Shown here: positions 1-10,203 of the stretch, in pieces
Layout of the letters: every line of letters begins with the position of its first letter
Position numbering within the stretch: position 1 is the first letter of the stretch
NCBI GenBank assembly: GCA_963666975.2
Contig: CAXVYR010000004.1
Location: forward strand, 2,144,001 to 2,208,000
Direction of reading: 5' to 3'
DNA from: Terriglobia bacterium
GTDB taxonomy: Bacteria; Acidobacteriota; Terriglobia; 2-12-FULL-54-10
DNA: 64,000 bases
Made by a program: the position numbers and the translations under genes
Notes under the pieces: generated by a model
What the model saw: the letters and a program-made list of their open reading frames with translations, nothing else
The model's database searches: none
Told to the model about the DNA's origin: nothing

Positions 1-1164
1 GGTATAGAGGTTTTCAGCCTGCAAGGTGCCCGGAGCCAAATTGGGCTTGCAGCTTGCTTCTTGTTCTGCCACCTCCGGATTAACGGCTCGGAACGTGGAG
101 CAGGAACTCCCGGCGGAACCTGCCGCTCCGGTGCCGTAATACCACATGTAGTCAGATCCTTCTCCATCTCTCATTACCAGGTCAGCGACAATGTAAGGAT
201 ATTGAAAAACCTCCTTCGTCACTGTAGGGTTCAGGCCGTATCCCCAGGCAATGCGACTATCCATCTCTCCTCGTTTCTCCAGCGTCTTGTATGCCATCAG
301 AGTGTTGAAGGAGTGCAACAACGTTCCTATAGTGGTGATCCCGTCGCCCGCAGACCAGGAGAGCCCCAACCTTAGAATCTCCATCCACAAATCCAGACGA
401 TCATTGAACATCACATCGGCTTCGGCTTGCCGATAGGTCAGCGCTCCTTCCCCGGTCTGCTCATTGGGACGGCCACTCCAGAGAAGCTTGGAAAAATCCG
501 GGTAGACTTTATGAAACTCATCGAGGGCTTTCTGATTGTAAAGAGTTCCGGTAAAGCTGTTTCTCAACATCACCGGATTGTTCGGGGCGGCTCGATCGAG
601 CTGCTGCTTGGTAATTTGCTTGACAAAAATGTTGCTAAACGGGCCAGTGTAGGCATCACCCTCGTGCTGGTAATCCTGCCCGTAGAGAAAGACAATCCGG
701 ATCCACTGCCCGGGCCTGGCTTTTTGGACCAGTTCGTCGAGCAAACGGGGGAACTGTTGCACTTGCTGGTCGGCGGGCCCTTCCAGCCAGCCCTGAAGCG
801 CGAAATCTTCCGGAACCACCTTCTTCATGATGTAGGGATTGAGCGGGTCCCAGTCGGCAGGGTGCTCGTGGGTGTCTATAAAAGTGGGAAGAACGGTCCT
901 TCCATTCAGATCTACGGATTTCGTGCCCGGCCCAGCCAGATCCCGCACTTCGGCATTGCTGCCAATAGCCCAAAGCTTTCCATCTTTGATTGCCAGAGCT
1001 TGGGCGATGTTTCCCGGACTGGTGCTAAACGAGTGGTCATCGAGCGTCACAATCTTACCGTTGTAGAAAACACTATCCGCATACACGACGCGGCCCGCCG
1101 CGAAGATCGTCGGCGCACTACCCAGCCAGAGAGCCATGACAAGAACACATCTGTAATTTTTCAT
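1..1164 (-). CDS. Secreted YtcJ-like amidohydrolase (amidohydrolase_3), 3' end runs off the left edge; missing from the ORF track
   Basis: Manual translation from ATG 1164 (GAGG upstream): MKNYRCVLVMALWLGSAPTIFAA...YNGKIVTLDD...DLNGRTVLPTFIDTHEHP; open to base 1; clear paralogue of 1242-3119. Confidence 0.9.
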   Translation of the reverse strand, partial: MKNYRCVLVMALWLGSAPTIFAAGRVVYADSVFYNGKIVTLDDHSFSTSPGNIAQALAIKDGKLWAIGSNAEVRDLAGPGTKSVDLNGRTVLPTFIDTHEHPADWDPLNPYIMKKVVPEDFALQGWLEGPADQQVQQFPRLLDELVQKARPGQWIRIVFLYGQDYQHEGDAYTGPFSNIFVKQITKQQLDRAAPNNPVMLRNSFTGTLYNQKALDEFHKVYPDFSKLLWSGRPNEQTGEGALTYRQAEADVMFNDRLDLWMEILRLGLSWSAGDGITTIGTLLHSFNTLMAYKTLEKRGEMDSRIAWGYGLNPTVTKEVFQYPYIVADLVMRDGEGSDYMWYYGTGAAGSAGSSCSTFRAVNPEVAEQEASCKPNLAPGTLQAENLYT

Positions 1165-1241
1165 CTCACTTCCTCAATGCAGGTCTGTTGTGAAGAAACC
1201 GCCTCTCACTTGGCAAGGCTTAAGTGGGGGGGCACAAGTGC

Positions 1242-3119
1242 CTACTCGATCTGTTTGACGGCCAGGCTTCCCAACTCGACCTGGGGTCCGGCGGGCTGTC
1301 GGCCCAGATCCCGCGCGAGCGAAGGAACCAGGTGAACAACCTTGCCTCCCACCACCGTCATGAGAACATTGATGTCGGCGAGCTGCTCTACCGGCACGGA
1401 TAAAAAATCTTTATCGATTACCATGAAGTCAGCAAATTTCCCCGCTTCCAGAGATCCCAGATCCTCCTCACGGAACAGGTAATGCGATCCCCAGGTGGTG
1501 CCCGATTTGAGCATCGGCACGCGATCCACCGCCTGGTTCTGGCCATAGACCTTCCCATCCCACGATTTCCGGGTCACGCCGATGACCAGCAAGTCGAAGA
1601 CGTTCCAGCTCGTGGAAGCCAGAGGACGGTCGCCCTCAAACGACGTCATTAAACGGGCGTCCAGGGCCGTTTTTCTGGGGACGATCCGGTCCATTCCGCG
1701 TTCCCCAAAATGCTCAAACTCGAAGGGGGGACGCTCAAAGATGGAGATATTCATCATCCCCATTACCATCCCCAGCCCGGCTATCCGCTCGGCTTGGTCC
1801 CGTCGGGGAGCTCCGTAGCCGTGATCGATTCCATGTCGGCGGGCGCGAATCTGCTCCAGGCTAAGGCCTCCCTCACGGCTCGCCTTTTCGATCAGTTCCA
1901 GCAAGTTATCGATGTCCTTGTCCCCGTCCGTGTGAAAGCCTGTCAATCTGCCGCCTGCTTTGATGACGGCGTAAATTTGCTCGTAGAGCGGCGTGCCGGG
2001 GATGATGGTGCACGTGTTTTTCATTGTTTTCGCGTATTCTGTAAGCGGCGTCAGCGTGCTGCAATTCATACCTATCCCGCCGGGCTCTCCCAGACCGGCA
2101 AACCACAAGTAATCCGAGCCCTGTCCAAAGCGCGTTGCAATATCCGCTACCAGGTACTCGTCGCGATAATCGAAGGGCCAACCCCAATCCCAGGAGAAAC
2201 GAATGGCCATCTCTCCCCGGCGGTCGAGCTCCTTGTAAGCCTTCAGGAAGTTGGGGGAGTAGATGGAGGAATTGAATGTGGTGACGCCGTATCCGGCCCA
2301 CCACGGCAGTCCCACCCGTTCCATTTCGACGATCAGGTCCACGCGATCGCCCAGAAGGATTTCAGGCTCGAAGGTCCGATACCCCCCCACTCCCGCTCCG
2401 ATTCCAGTCTGTGGATCGATCTGGATGAAACTAGCGCCCTGCGAATCTAAGGCTTGAATCAACCCGATGGCCCTGGAATTGTAGGTGGCGCCTGTAAAGG
2501 CGCTCCGGACCGTGACCGGGTTGTTGGGCGCGATCGCATCCAAATTGGCTTTTAGGATCCGAGGCTCATGCTTGTAGGGATGGCCGTGGCCGGCCGAGAA
2601 CCACGAACGGACTTCGTGATAGAACTCGTAGTTCTCTCCAAAGGACAAGACAGCCCGAATCCACTGCCCCGGCCGCGCCCGCCGCACCGCTTCTCGCATC
2701 CTTTGCTCCATCTGGGTCAGCTGTTGCTCGGCCGGGCCTTGCAGAAAAATGTGGATCGCAACATCTTCCGGAATCACTTTCTGAACGAGGTAGGGATTCG
2801 TCATATCCCAATCGCTGGGATGCTCGTGTGTCATGATGAATCCCGGCAGCACCATCTTCCCTTTCAGATCCATCACCTGGGTAGCCCCGCCGGCCATTGC
2901 CCGGATTTGAGCGTTATTGCCAACGGCCACAATCCTCCCATCCCGGATCGCCATGGCCTCCGCAATTGTGCCGGGATTGGAATTAAAAGAGGCATCATCC
3001 ACGGTCACGATTCTGGCGTTAACGACAATTAATTCCGGCTGCTGCGCCATCGCGAACCGAGTCCCCCCAAGCATAAAGATCCATAGAATCAGAAATCGAG
3101 ATATCGGCATCCCTTTCAT
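1242..3119 (-). CDS. Secreted YtcJ-like amidohydrolase
   Basis: NARIVT...DLKGKMVLPGFIMTHEH, C-terminal GSLEAGKFADFMV; start moved to ATG 3119 behind AAGGAG; signal-peptide-like N-terminus. Confidence 0.9.
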   Translation of the reverse strand: MKGMPISRFLILWIFMLGGTRFAMAQQPELIVVNARIVTVDDASFNSNPGTIAEAMAIRDGRIVAVGNNAQIRAMAGGATQVMDLKGKMVLPGFIMTHEHPSDWDMTNPYLVQKVIPEDVAIHIFLQGPAEQQLTQMEQRMREAVRRARPGQWIRAVLSFGENYEFYHEVRSWFSAGHGHPYKHEPRILKANLDAIAPNNPVTVRSAFTGATYNSRAIGLIQALDSQGASFIQIDPQTGIGAGVGGYRTFEPEILLGDRVDLIVEMERVGLPWWAGYGVTTFNSSIYSPNFLKAYKELDRRGEMAIRFSWDWGWPFDYRDEYLVADIATRFGQGSDYLWFAGLGEPGGIGMNCSTLTPLTEYAKTMKNTCTIIPGTPLYEQIYAVIKAGGRLTGFHTDGDKDIDNLLELIEKASREGGLSLEQIRARRHGIDHGYGAPRRDQAERIAGLGMVMGMMNISIFERPPFEFEHFGERGMDRIVPRKTALDARLMTSFEGDRPLASTSWNVFDLLVIGVTRKSWDGKVYGQNQAVDRVPMLKSGTTWGSHYLFREEDLGSLEAGKFADFMVIDKDFLSVPVEQLADINVLMTVVGGKVVHLVPSLARDLGRQPAGPQVELGSLAVKQIE

Positions 3120-3423
3120 TTTTTTTCTCCTTTCGGCAGGTTCCACCGAACGCCCCAGTTTAATCGTATGTCGCGGAACAGAACAGCGGTTAGTGAAGTT
3201 GGCATTCTGGCACAAATAGCGTAACACTGGAACCGGTTTTCTCGATCCGCTAAATACTGCTGCCGCGCTCCATCCCAGGTAAAGCTGTTTAGCGACGTCT
3301 CGGGCCTCCGGTCTCGCTTGTTTGCAGGGTTTTCTTGTAAGGAAGCAAATTGAGCCAGCGATTAAGAAGACCCGCCTGTCAACGACCTGAAGCGCCCCAT
3401 AAAATGAATCGAAACCGTGCGAC

Positions 3424-3640
3424 GGTAGCCACGGTAAATTGGCAGTTCCAATTTGCCGTGGGTTTGTACATTCAATCCGAGCCGCGCGCGCCTGTCCCGC
3501 CTGCCCTGAGCATAGCCGAAGGGAGCGAAGCCGAGGGATCAGCAGGCGGTTACAAACACTAGCGGAAAGTGCGAAAGTTCTTTTGACCGCTCCCTCACAG
3601 CTTGCCCTGAGTGAAGCCGAAGGGGTCGCGGCTCGGATTC
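3424..3640. repeat. Composite REP-like palindrome cluster with nested 24-bp units
   Basis: 3424-3490 is the reverse complement of ~51440-51510; CCGAGCCGCGCGCG...AGCAGGCGG and CCGCTCCCTCAC...GTCGCGGCTCGG REPs each interrupted by CYTGCCCTGAG..GCCGAAGGG. Confidence 0.8.
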
Positions 3641-3768
3641 GCTTCTAGTCGTGGTAATCTGGAGTTAGACGCCGCCTAATACCGGCGCATTCTCGGGCGA
3701 AGGGGGTAGCTCAAAACAGAAAACACCGGCGGGGACATTCCACCTCAAAGAGAGGCAGGGCAGATACC

Positions 3769-4983
3769 ATGGGAATCTTTGAAAAAATGTCAAAACTCGC
3801 TGTCCATCGTCTGGTCATCTCCTCAACCAAAATCTTTCCCGCGAAACCCGCCATTGCCGGAACCAATTGGATCAAACAGGTCCTCAAAAAAGAAGGTCAT
3901 GAGAAGCTGATTTTGGTCAGCCATCCGGAGGTCGGTCTCCGTGCCGCCATCGCCATCCACGACCGCACGCTGGGGCGCCAGGCGCTGGGCGGCTGCCGTG
4001 TCCTGCCCTATCGAAACGAAGAAGAGATGATCCTCGACGTTCTGAAACTGTCCAAGGCCATGACATGCAAGGCCGCGATGGCCGGCCTGGAACGGGGCGG
4101 CGGCAAATGCGTCATCTGGTGCGACCCTCGGACGGAAAAAACCGCTGACCTGCTGTTGAAACTCGCCGAGGAGATTGACCAACTCAACGGCGAATTCGTC
4201 ATCTGCGAAGACATGAACTTTACCCCGCAAGACATCCTGGTGATGCGGGAGAAAACCATTCACGTCTCCGGCCTTCCCAAGCAGTACCACCACCATTCCT
4301 ACCGGGGCAGCGGCGATCCTTCGCAAAAAACTGCGCGGGGTGTTGTGAACGGCATGAAAGCCTGCCTGCGTTTTCTTGGCCTCGGTCCGGTGCGCGGAAA
4401 GACCGTCGCCATTCAAGGCCTCGGCAAGGTCGGCTACGCCTTGGCCCGGCTTCTGCATCATGAAGGCGCGAACCTCGTCGCTTGCGATGTGGACGAAGTG
4501 AGGACCGCGCAATTTGCGGACGAGTTTCACAGCAACCGCCTGTCGAGGCGCCCTCCCTCGGCCCGCGTGGTCGCTCCGAAAGAGATCTTCTCGCAGAAGT
4601 GCGACATCTTCGCGCCCTGCGCGGCGGGCGGCGCGATCCATCCCCATACCATTCCACTTTTACGATGCAGGATCGTGGCCGGGGCCGCCAATAATCAACT
4701 CGCCAATGAACAGTGCGGGAGGATGCTGCGGAAGCGGAACATCCTGTATGCTCCCGATTATGTGATCAACGCCGGCGGGTTGATTAACCTGGACGAGGAA
4801 AAACATCCCCGCGGTTACAGCGAGATGCGGGTGCAGAAGCGGCTGGAGAATATCTACTTCAACCTGCTGCGTATCTTCTGGTACTCCGGCAAATTTGGGT
4901 TTCCCACCAATGAGGTGGCCGATCTGTTTGTGGAGGAGAAGATTCATTTCCAGAAAGAGCTGCATCAAGCAGTTTCTTTCTGA
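3769..4983 (+). CDS. Glu/Leu/Phe/Val dehydrogenase family (leucine dehydrogenase-like)
   Basis: IAIHD..LG.ALGGCR, GGGK, GSGDPS..TA.GV, Rossmann VAIQGLGKVG, GAANNQL, YAPDYVINAGG. Confidence 0.93.
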   Translation: MGIFEKMSKLAVHRLVISSTKIFPAKPAIAGTNWIKQVLKKEGHEKLILVSHPEVGLRAAIAIHDRTLGRQALGGCRVLPYRNEEEMILDVLKLSKAMTCKAAMAGLERGGGKCVIWCDPRTEKTADLLLKLAEEIDQLNGEFVICEDMNFTPQDILVMREKTIHVSGLPKQYHHHSYRGSGDPSQKTARGVVNGMKACLRFLGLGPVRGKTVAIQGLGKVGYALARLLHHEGANLVACDVDEVRTAQFADEFHSNRLSRRPPSARVVAPKEIFSQKCDIFAPCAAGGAIHPHTIPLLRCRIVAGAANNQLANEQCGRMLRKRNILYAPDYVINAGGLINLDEEKHPRGYSEMRVQKRLENIYFNLLRIFWYSGKFGFPTNEVADLFVEEKIHFQKELHQAVSF

Positions 4984-5027
4984 ATGGATATTGGTTTCAG
5001 GGAATCGTTGAACTCACCGCCGGACGG

Positions 5028-5122
5028 AACGCGCGCCTGTCCCGCCTGCCCTAAGCATAGCCGAAGGGAGCGAAGCCGAGGGGTTAGCAAGCGGACCCAT
5101 ACAGCAGTTTTTCAACAACCTC
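5028..5122. repeat. Right half of the MITE seen at 11877-12107
   Basis: Same nested unit plus AGCAAGCGGACCC, ending in GTTTTTCAACAACCT (5107-5121), identical to 12092-12106. Confidence 0.75.
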
Positions 5123-6040
5123 CTAAACCGCTTGCAGCACAATTCCCGCTTTTTCTATAGCGGCTTTCAGCGACTGGATCTGCTCCGTGCCAAGCTCCTC
5201 GGTCTTCCATCGCGGATATCGTTTCACGTCAAACCCCCGCAAGCGGGCTATGGCAGCCAGCACGGCTCTGCCGTTCGCCTTCGTCTTCGCCATGGCCGCA
5301 ACCAGCCCGTACAGCTTGCGCTGATGTTCAAAGGTCTCCTTCCAGCGCTCGTTCCGAATGGCGTCCCACAAGCCGACGCACAGCTCCGGGAATAAACTGG
5401 TCGGCGGGTGAATCGAGCCATTGAGTCCCACAGGAGCGGCGGCGGCCAAATTAAAAATCGACCCGGAAAAAACGCCGAACTCAGCCGGGAGCGTGTGGAT
5501 ATACTTTAACAGTTCATCCACAGCAACAAACGATACCTTGAGCCCGCAAATCGTGGGGATCGCATCGACGTATCGCCGCACCGTCTCCGCCGTCATGTGT
5601 ATGCCCGCATAGAGGGAATTATCGTAGAGAAACATAGGGTATTGCCCCAGCGCGGCCGCCACGGCCCGAAAGTGTTCCAAAATGTCGTAGTCGGTGTGGT
5701 CGCTGTAATAAAAAGGCGGCAGAACGGCGACGGCGGCCGAGCCAATGCTTTTGGCGTGAACAGCCAGCTCCACCGTGGTTTCGGTGTCGGCGCAGCCCAC
5801 GTGCGTTATGATCGGGATGCGGCTCTTTACTTGGTCCAACACCGTTTCGGCAGCCCACCGCCGCTGCGCCGGAGTCATCACAGGCCCCTGCCCGGCCGAG
5901 CCGAGAATAAACAGCCCATGAACGCCGCTTTTCACCATGAATTCCACCAGCTCGCGCAAAACCGGCTCGTCCAACTCGCCCTTGTGGTCGAAGGGCGTAA
6001 TCAGTGGAATTAAAATTCCTTCGCAGACCGTCCTAGCCAT
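5123..6040 (-). CDS. Dihydrodipicolinate synthase-family aldolase/lyase
   Basis: PLITPF, LGSAGQ (GxxGE variant), LPPFYY, LYDN, Schiff-base GLKVS; start taken at ATG 6040. Confidence 0.88.
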   Translation of the reverse strand: MARTVCEGILIPLITPFDHKGELDEPVLRELVEFMVKSGVHGLFILGSAGQGPVMTPAQRRWAAETVLDQVKSRIPIITHVGCADTETTVELAVHAKSIGSAAVAVLPPFYYSDHTDYDILEHFRAVAAALGQYPMFLYDNSLYAGIHMTAETVRRYVDAIPTICGLKVSFVAVDELLKYIHTLPAEFGVFSGSIFNLAAAAPVGLNGSIHPPTSLFPELCVGLWDAIRNERWKETFEHQRKLYGLVAAMAKTKANGRAVLAAIARLRGFDVKRYPRWKTEELGTEQIQSLKAAIEKAGIVLQAV

Positions 6041-6360
6041 AAAACAATGCTCCCTGATTGGATTTTTTCTCCGGCACAACTCCACCGCCCGGCCATCCCC
6101 GGAAAGCCCGGCCGCATCCTATGCGAGTAGTCTGGAGCTAATCGGGTGGGCAATTGTACCAAATCTTCTGCGGCCAGGGCCCAACCCTCCGGCGGTTTAG
6201 CTCAGGAGGGGCGGCAGCATCTGGCCCGAAAAAGGATTGAACACGGCAAGAGGCTGGGGTATATTCCACCCACAAATAAAGGCGCGATCTTGCGCCCCTT
6301 CCGGCTAGGGCGGGAAAACGGAGTTAGGGAATCAGCTCGATATATTAGGGGGAGGGAGAC

Positions 6361-8592
6361 ATGAGTGTTAGACCAAACCGAAGGTTCTTGCGCAGCAATT
6401 GGAACGTTATTGCCACGCTGACCGTTATTACTCTGATTGCCGTGTGGATCGTATTTCCGAATGGGGGGAACCTCTCGGGAGCATCTGCGAAGGGTCGTTC
6501 CTCTTGGTGGCCGCAGACGGGGGGGCCGCAGTTGATATCCGTGCAGCCATTCCCTGAAATGGAGGGAGCCATCTGCGAATGGGTGCCGGCCAGCGCTTCG
6601 GGAAACGACACCCTCGCCGCCTCTTTTCGTCCTGCAGCCTTGCTGAACCATGCGTTGCAAGGCGCGGCACAAAGCGCCCCGGATGGTGTAAGAACCGCCA
6701 CCGAGATTGAACGCGCGCCGCTGCGGGTCATCCGGGACACCTACCCGACATACAGCGCCATCGCCGTCGACACCACCTCTAATGAAGTGTACATGCAGGA
6801 TGAGAACCTGTTCGGCTTGAAGGTGTTCAACCGTCTGGACAACACTCCGCCGAACGCCGCATTTACCGAGCCGAAGCGAGTGATTTCCGGTCCAAACACG
6901 AAGCTCGAGTTTAATTGCGGCCTGTATATAGACCAGAAGACGGGCGACGTCTATTCAGTGAACAACGACACTATGGACACCTTGACGGTGTTCGCTCGCG
7001 GGGCCAGCGGAAATGCGACGCCCAAACGGGCGCTCCACACTCCGCACGGAACCTACGGAATCGCCGTAAACGAGGCCGTGCAGGAACTGTTCCTCACCAT
7101 CGAGCACATCAACGCCGTGGTGGTGTACCGGAAGCTGGCCGACGGGGAGGAAAAGCCGCTGCGGACGCTGCGCGGGCTTCAGACTCAACTGGAGGACCCG
7201 CACGGGATCGCCGTGGACGCGAAAAACAAGTGGCTGTTCGTCGGCAACCACGGCAACCATAAACTGAGCGAGGCTCCCTGGACGGGGCGGTTTGAGCCTC
7301 CCGCGATCACGGTTTATCCGCTGGAAGCCAGCGGCGACACCGCTCCGCTGCGGGTGATCGAAGGTCCCAAGACTCAATTGAACTGGCCGTCAGCGATGTT
7401 TATCGACGAGGAGCGCCAGGAGCTGTACGTAGCCAACGATGTGGGCGACTCCATCCTGGTTTTCCGCAGCACCGACAGCGGGAACGTGGCTCCCATCCGG
7501 ATCGTCAAAGGTCCGCAAACGCAGATCAAAAACCCCACCGGCGTGTTTGTAGATTTGAAAAACGACGAGCTCTGGGCCTCCAACATGGGAAACCACCGCG
7601 CGGTGGTATTCCCCCGCTCGGCGAACGGCAACGTCGCGCCGCTGCGCGTCATCCGGAGCGCCCCGGCGGAAAAGATGGCCCTGGCCATCGGCAATCCCGG
7701 CGCTGCCGCCTATGACAGCAAACGCGAAGAGATTCTGGTTCCCAACTGAGTGGCCCACCCGCAAATTGCGATCTTCGCCAGGCTGGCGAAAGAAAATTCC
7801 AAGCCCACCCGTTTGCTTTCCGGCCAGGCAACACGGCTGGCCCGCACCATGCACGACATCCGCTATGACGCGATCCACGATGAAATAATCGTGCCGAACC
7901 CTTTCGCACAAGCGATCCTGGTTTTCCGGGGAGGCGCCGACGGCGAAGAAGCGCCGATTCGCATCATTCAGGGGCCCCATACGCTGTTGCAGGGAACGGG
8001 CGCGGCGGCGGGCGGAGTGGACCGCCTGGACGTCGATCCGGTCCACGATGAAATCTTCGTCCCCGCCGGGGAAAAGATTTTGGTGTATCCGCGGACGGGC
8101 AACGGCGACGTGCCACCGTTGCGGGTCATCGAAGGCCCCGACACCACGCTCTACAGAGCGCAAGCGATTGCCGTGGACCCGGTTCATAACGTCATCGTGG
8201 CCGGCACGCACAGGAGTTACAACAACGGTCAGGGGGCCCTGCTGATCTTCAACCGCACCGACAACGGAAACGTCAGGCCCTCCAGAATCATCATGGGACC
8301 GAAGGCGGAGATCGGCAATATGAACCAGATTTTGATCCATCCGCCCAAGGGCTGGATCGTGGCGGCACAGACGGGAAACTCCTACGGGGTGCTGGAGCCG
8401 GAAGGCGTCTATGTCGGCGTCTGGAGCATCTACGACGACGGCGACGTTCCCGCGCGCTGGAAGCTCGCCGGAGATAAGAGCCTCATTAAGAAGCCGCGCG
8501 GGATCGCGCTGAACCCCAAGAACAAAGAGCTGATCGTCGCCGACATGCGGCTCAATGCGATGTTGACGTTTTACTTCCCGGAGATTTTTTAG
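6361..8592 (+). CDS. Exported NHL/YVTN-like beta-propeller repeat protein with in-frame UGA at codon 463 (candidate selenoprotein, 743 aa)
   Basis: ORFs 6361-7749 and 7750-8592 are in frame and separated only by TGA 7747-7749, which falls inside a repeat (EILVPN*VAHPQIAIF); ~50-55 aa repeats APLRVI.GP.T.L..P.GIAVD; hairpin at 7772-7793. Confidence 0.8.
7750..7793 (+). promoter_or_regulatory. Candidate bacterial SECIS element
   Basis: TC-TTCGCC-AGGCT-GGCGAA-A-GA hairpin; apical loop starts 31 nt after the UGA; core identical in the paralogue. Confidence 0.7.
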
Positions 8593-8823
8593 ACTTGTTT
8601 CAGAGTTGGTGTATCCCATATTGCGCTCTTGTCAGGGCACGGTTTTAACCGTGCCGCCACCTGGAGCACGACAGCGGCTTCAGCCGCTGAGGTGGGGGGG
8701 TGAATCGCTGGCACACGCAGACTTCAAGACGCACCTCAGGCGCTAAAGTTCACTTGACTGGAGAACCTTTCGGCACGGCTGAAGCCGTGCCCTGACGGGA
8801 TACACAATCCATAAAAACGGTCT
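8591..8823. mobile_element. ~230-bp MITE/BIME-like element with GGCACGGCTTCAGCCGTGCC-type REPs
   Basis: Closely similar inverted copy at ~21410-21638; imperfect terminal inverted repeats AGAC..TGTATCCC / GGGATACA..GTCT. Confidence 0.8.
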
Positions 8824-8979
8824 GGTTTTTTCGGATACGGTCTTAGAAGAACATATGTTTGGCGGAACTATGTTTGATGGGTGGGCGGCCTAAAAAATGC
8901 GGACAGTCCCGACATTTCATTTCCTTGACACGAATCGTCTCTTGTGTTCGAACCTAGCCACCCGATCATCGGAGGACGC

Positions 8980-10203
8980 GTGAACACCATGAAATCCAGC
9001 CGCCGGCGTTTCTTGAAGGATGGCGCCATACTGACCGGTTTGGTCGCCGGGACAGTGCAATCTGCAAGCGGACAAACGCCCGGCCCCGAGGAAGCCGCCC
9101 ATCGCTCGGCTGGCTTTGTGCGCGCGATTGGCGAGCGATCACGTCTTGAAACCTCGGCACGCGCGTGGTCTGATTCTTCCACGGGCCGCGTGACTTCGTC
9201 GCTGACTCCGCTGCAAAACTCCAAAGGAATGATCACGCCTTCGATGCTTCATTTTGAACGCCACCACGCGCGTGTCCCGGACATCGACCCCCGTCAGTAT
9301 CGTCTCCTGATCCACGGCCTGGTGGATCGCCCGCTGATTTTTACAGTGGCGGAGTTGGAGCGCCTGCCTTCCGTATCGCGGATCTATTTCCTCGAATGCT
9401 CGGGCAATAGCCGCAATCCGGGCCGGGGAAACGCGGAGACAGTCCAGGGAACCCACGGCATGACCAGTTGCAGCGAATGGACGGGGGTCCCGCTGTCCCT
9501 GTTGCTCCAAGAGGCGGGGGTGCAAAAGGGGGCAAGCTGGCTGGTGGCGGAGGGCGCAGACGCAGCCAAAATGACGCGGAGCATTCCGCTCACGAAGGCC
9601 ATGGACGACATTCTGGTGGCCTACGGGCAAAATGGCGGGGCGCTTCGTCCTGAGCAGGGCTACCCGTTGCGGCTGCTGATCCCCGGATGGGAAGGAAACA
9701 TCAGCATCAAGTGGCTGCGGCAAATCAAGGTGGTGGACCAGCCCTATATGACAAGAGAAGAAACCTCCCGCTACACCGACCTGATGCCGGATGGCCGCGC
9801 GCGCCAGTTCACTTTTGAGATGGACGCTAAATCAGTCATCACATTTCCTTCCGGCGGACAGAATCTGCCGGGCCCCGGATTCTACGAAATCACGGGCCTG
9901 GCTTGGTCCGGCAGAGGCGCAATCCGCAGGGTGGAAGTATCCACCGACGGCGGCGCGTCCTGGCAGGACGCCCAGCTTCAGGAGCCGGTACTGCGATTCG
10001 CGCATACCCGGTTTCGCTTCGCCTGGAAATGGGACGGCGGCGAGGCCGTGGTCCAGTCCCGCTGCATCGATGAGCAGGGTGGGGTTCAGCCGACCGTGGA
10101 CGATCTGATCCGGGTCCGGGGAAGGAGCTATAATTATCACTCCAACCACATTCAAGCCTGGAAGATCAACCGTAATGGAAGCGTGCAAAATGCGCTGGTC
10201 TGA
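8980..10203 (+). CDS. soxC: SoxC-like molybdopterin oxidoreductase (sulfite oxidase family), Tat-exported
   Basis: SRRRFLK Tat motif, LHFERHH, Mo-ligand FLECSGN, LRPEQGYPLRLLIPGWEG, ITGLAWSG; GTG 8980 behind GGAGG. Confidence 0.9.
   Translation: MNTMKSSRRRFLKDGAILTGLVAGTVQSASGQTPGPEEAAHRSAGFVRAIGERSRLETSARAWSDSSTGRVTSSLTPLQNSKGMITPSMLHFERHHARVPDIDPRQYRLLIHGLVDRPLIFTVAELERLPSVSRIYFLECSGNSRNPGRGNAETVQGTHGMTSCSEWTGVPLSLLLQEAGVQKGASWLVAEGADAAKMTRSIPLTKAMDDILVAYGQNGGALRPEQGYPLRLLIPGWEGNISIKWLRQIKVVDQPYMTREETSRYTDLMPDGRARQFTFEMDAKSVITFPSGGQNLPGPGFYEITGLAWSGRGAIRRVEVSTDGGASWQDAQLQEPVLRFAHTRFRFAWKWDGGEAVVQSRCIDEQGGVQPTVDDLIRVRGRSYNYHSNHIQAWKINRNGSVQNALV

Noticed and set aside
3350-3648. Small ORFs containing ACPEHSRR / LSEAEG peptides
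   Set aside because: Translations of the nested 24-bp repeat
7750-8592. Independent GTG-start gene MAHPQ (and 19047-19877)
   Set aside because: No clear RBS or signal peptide, starts mid-repeat and abuts a conserved TGA plus hairpin; translational coupling is not fully excluded but is less parsimonious
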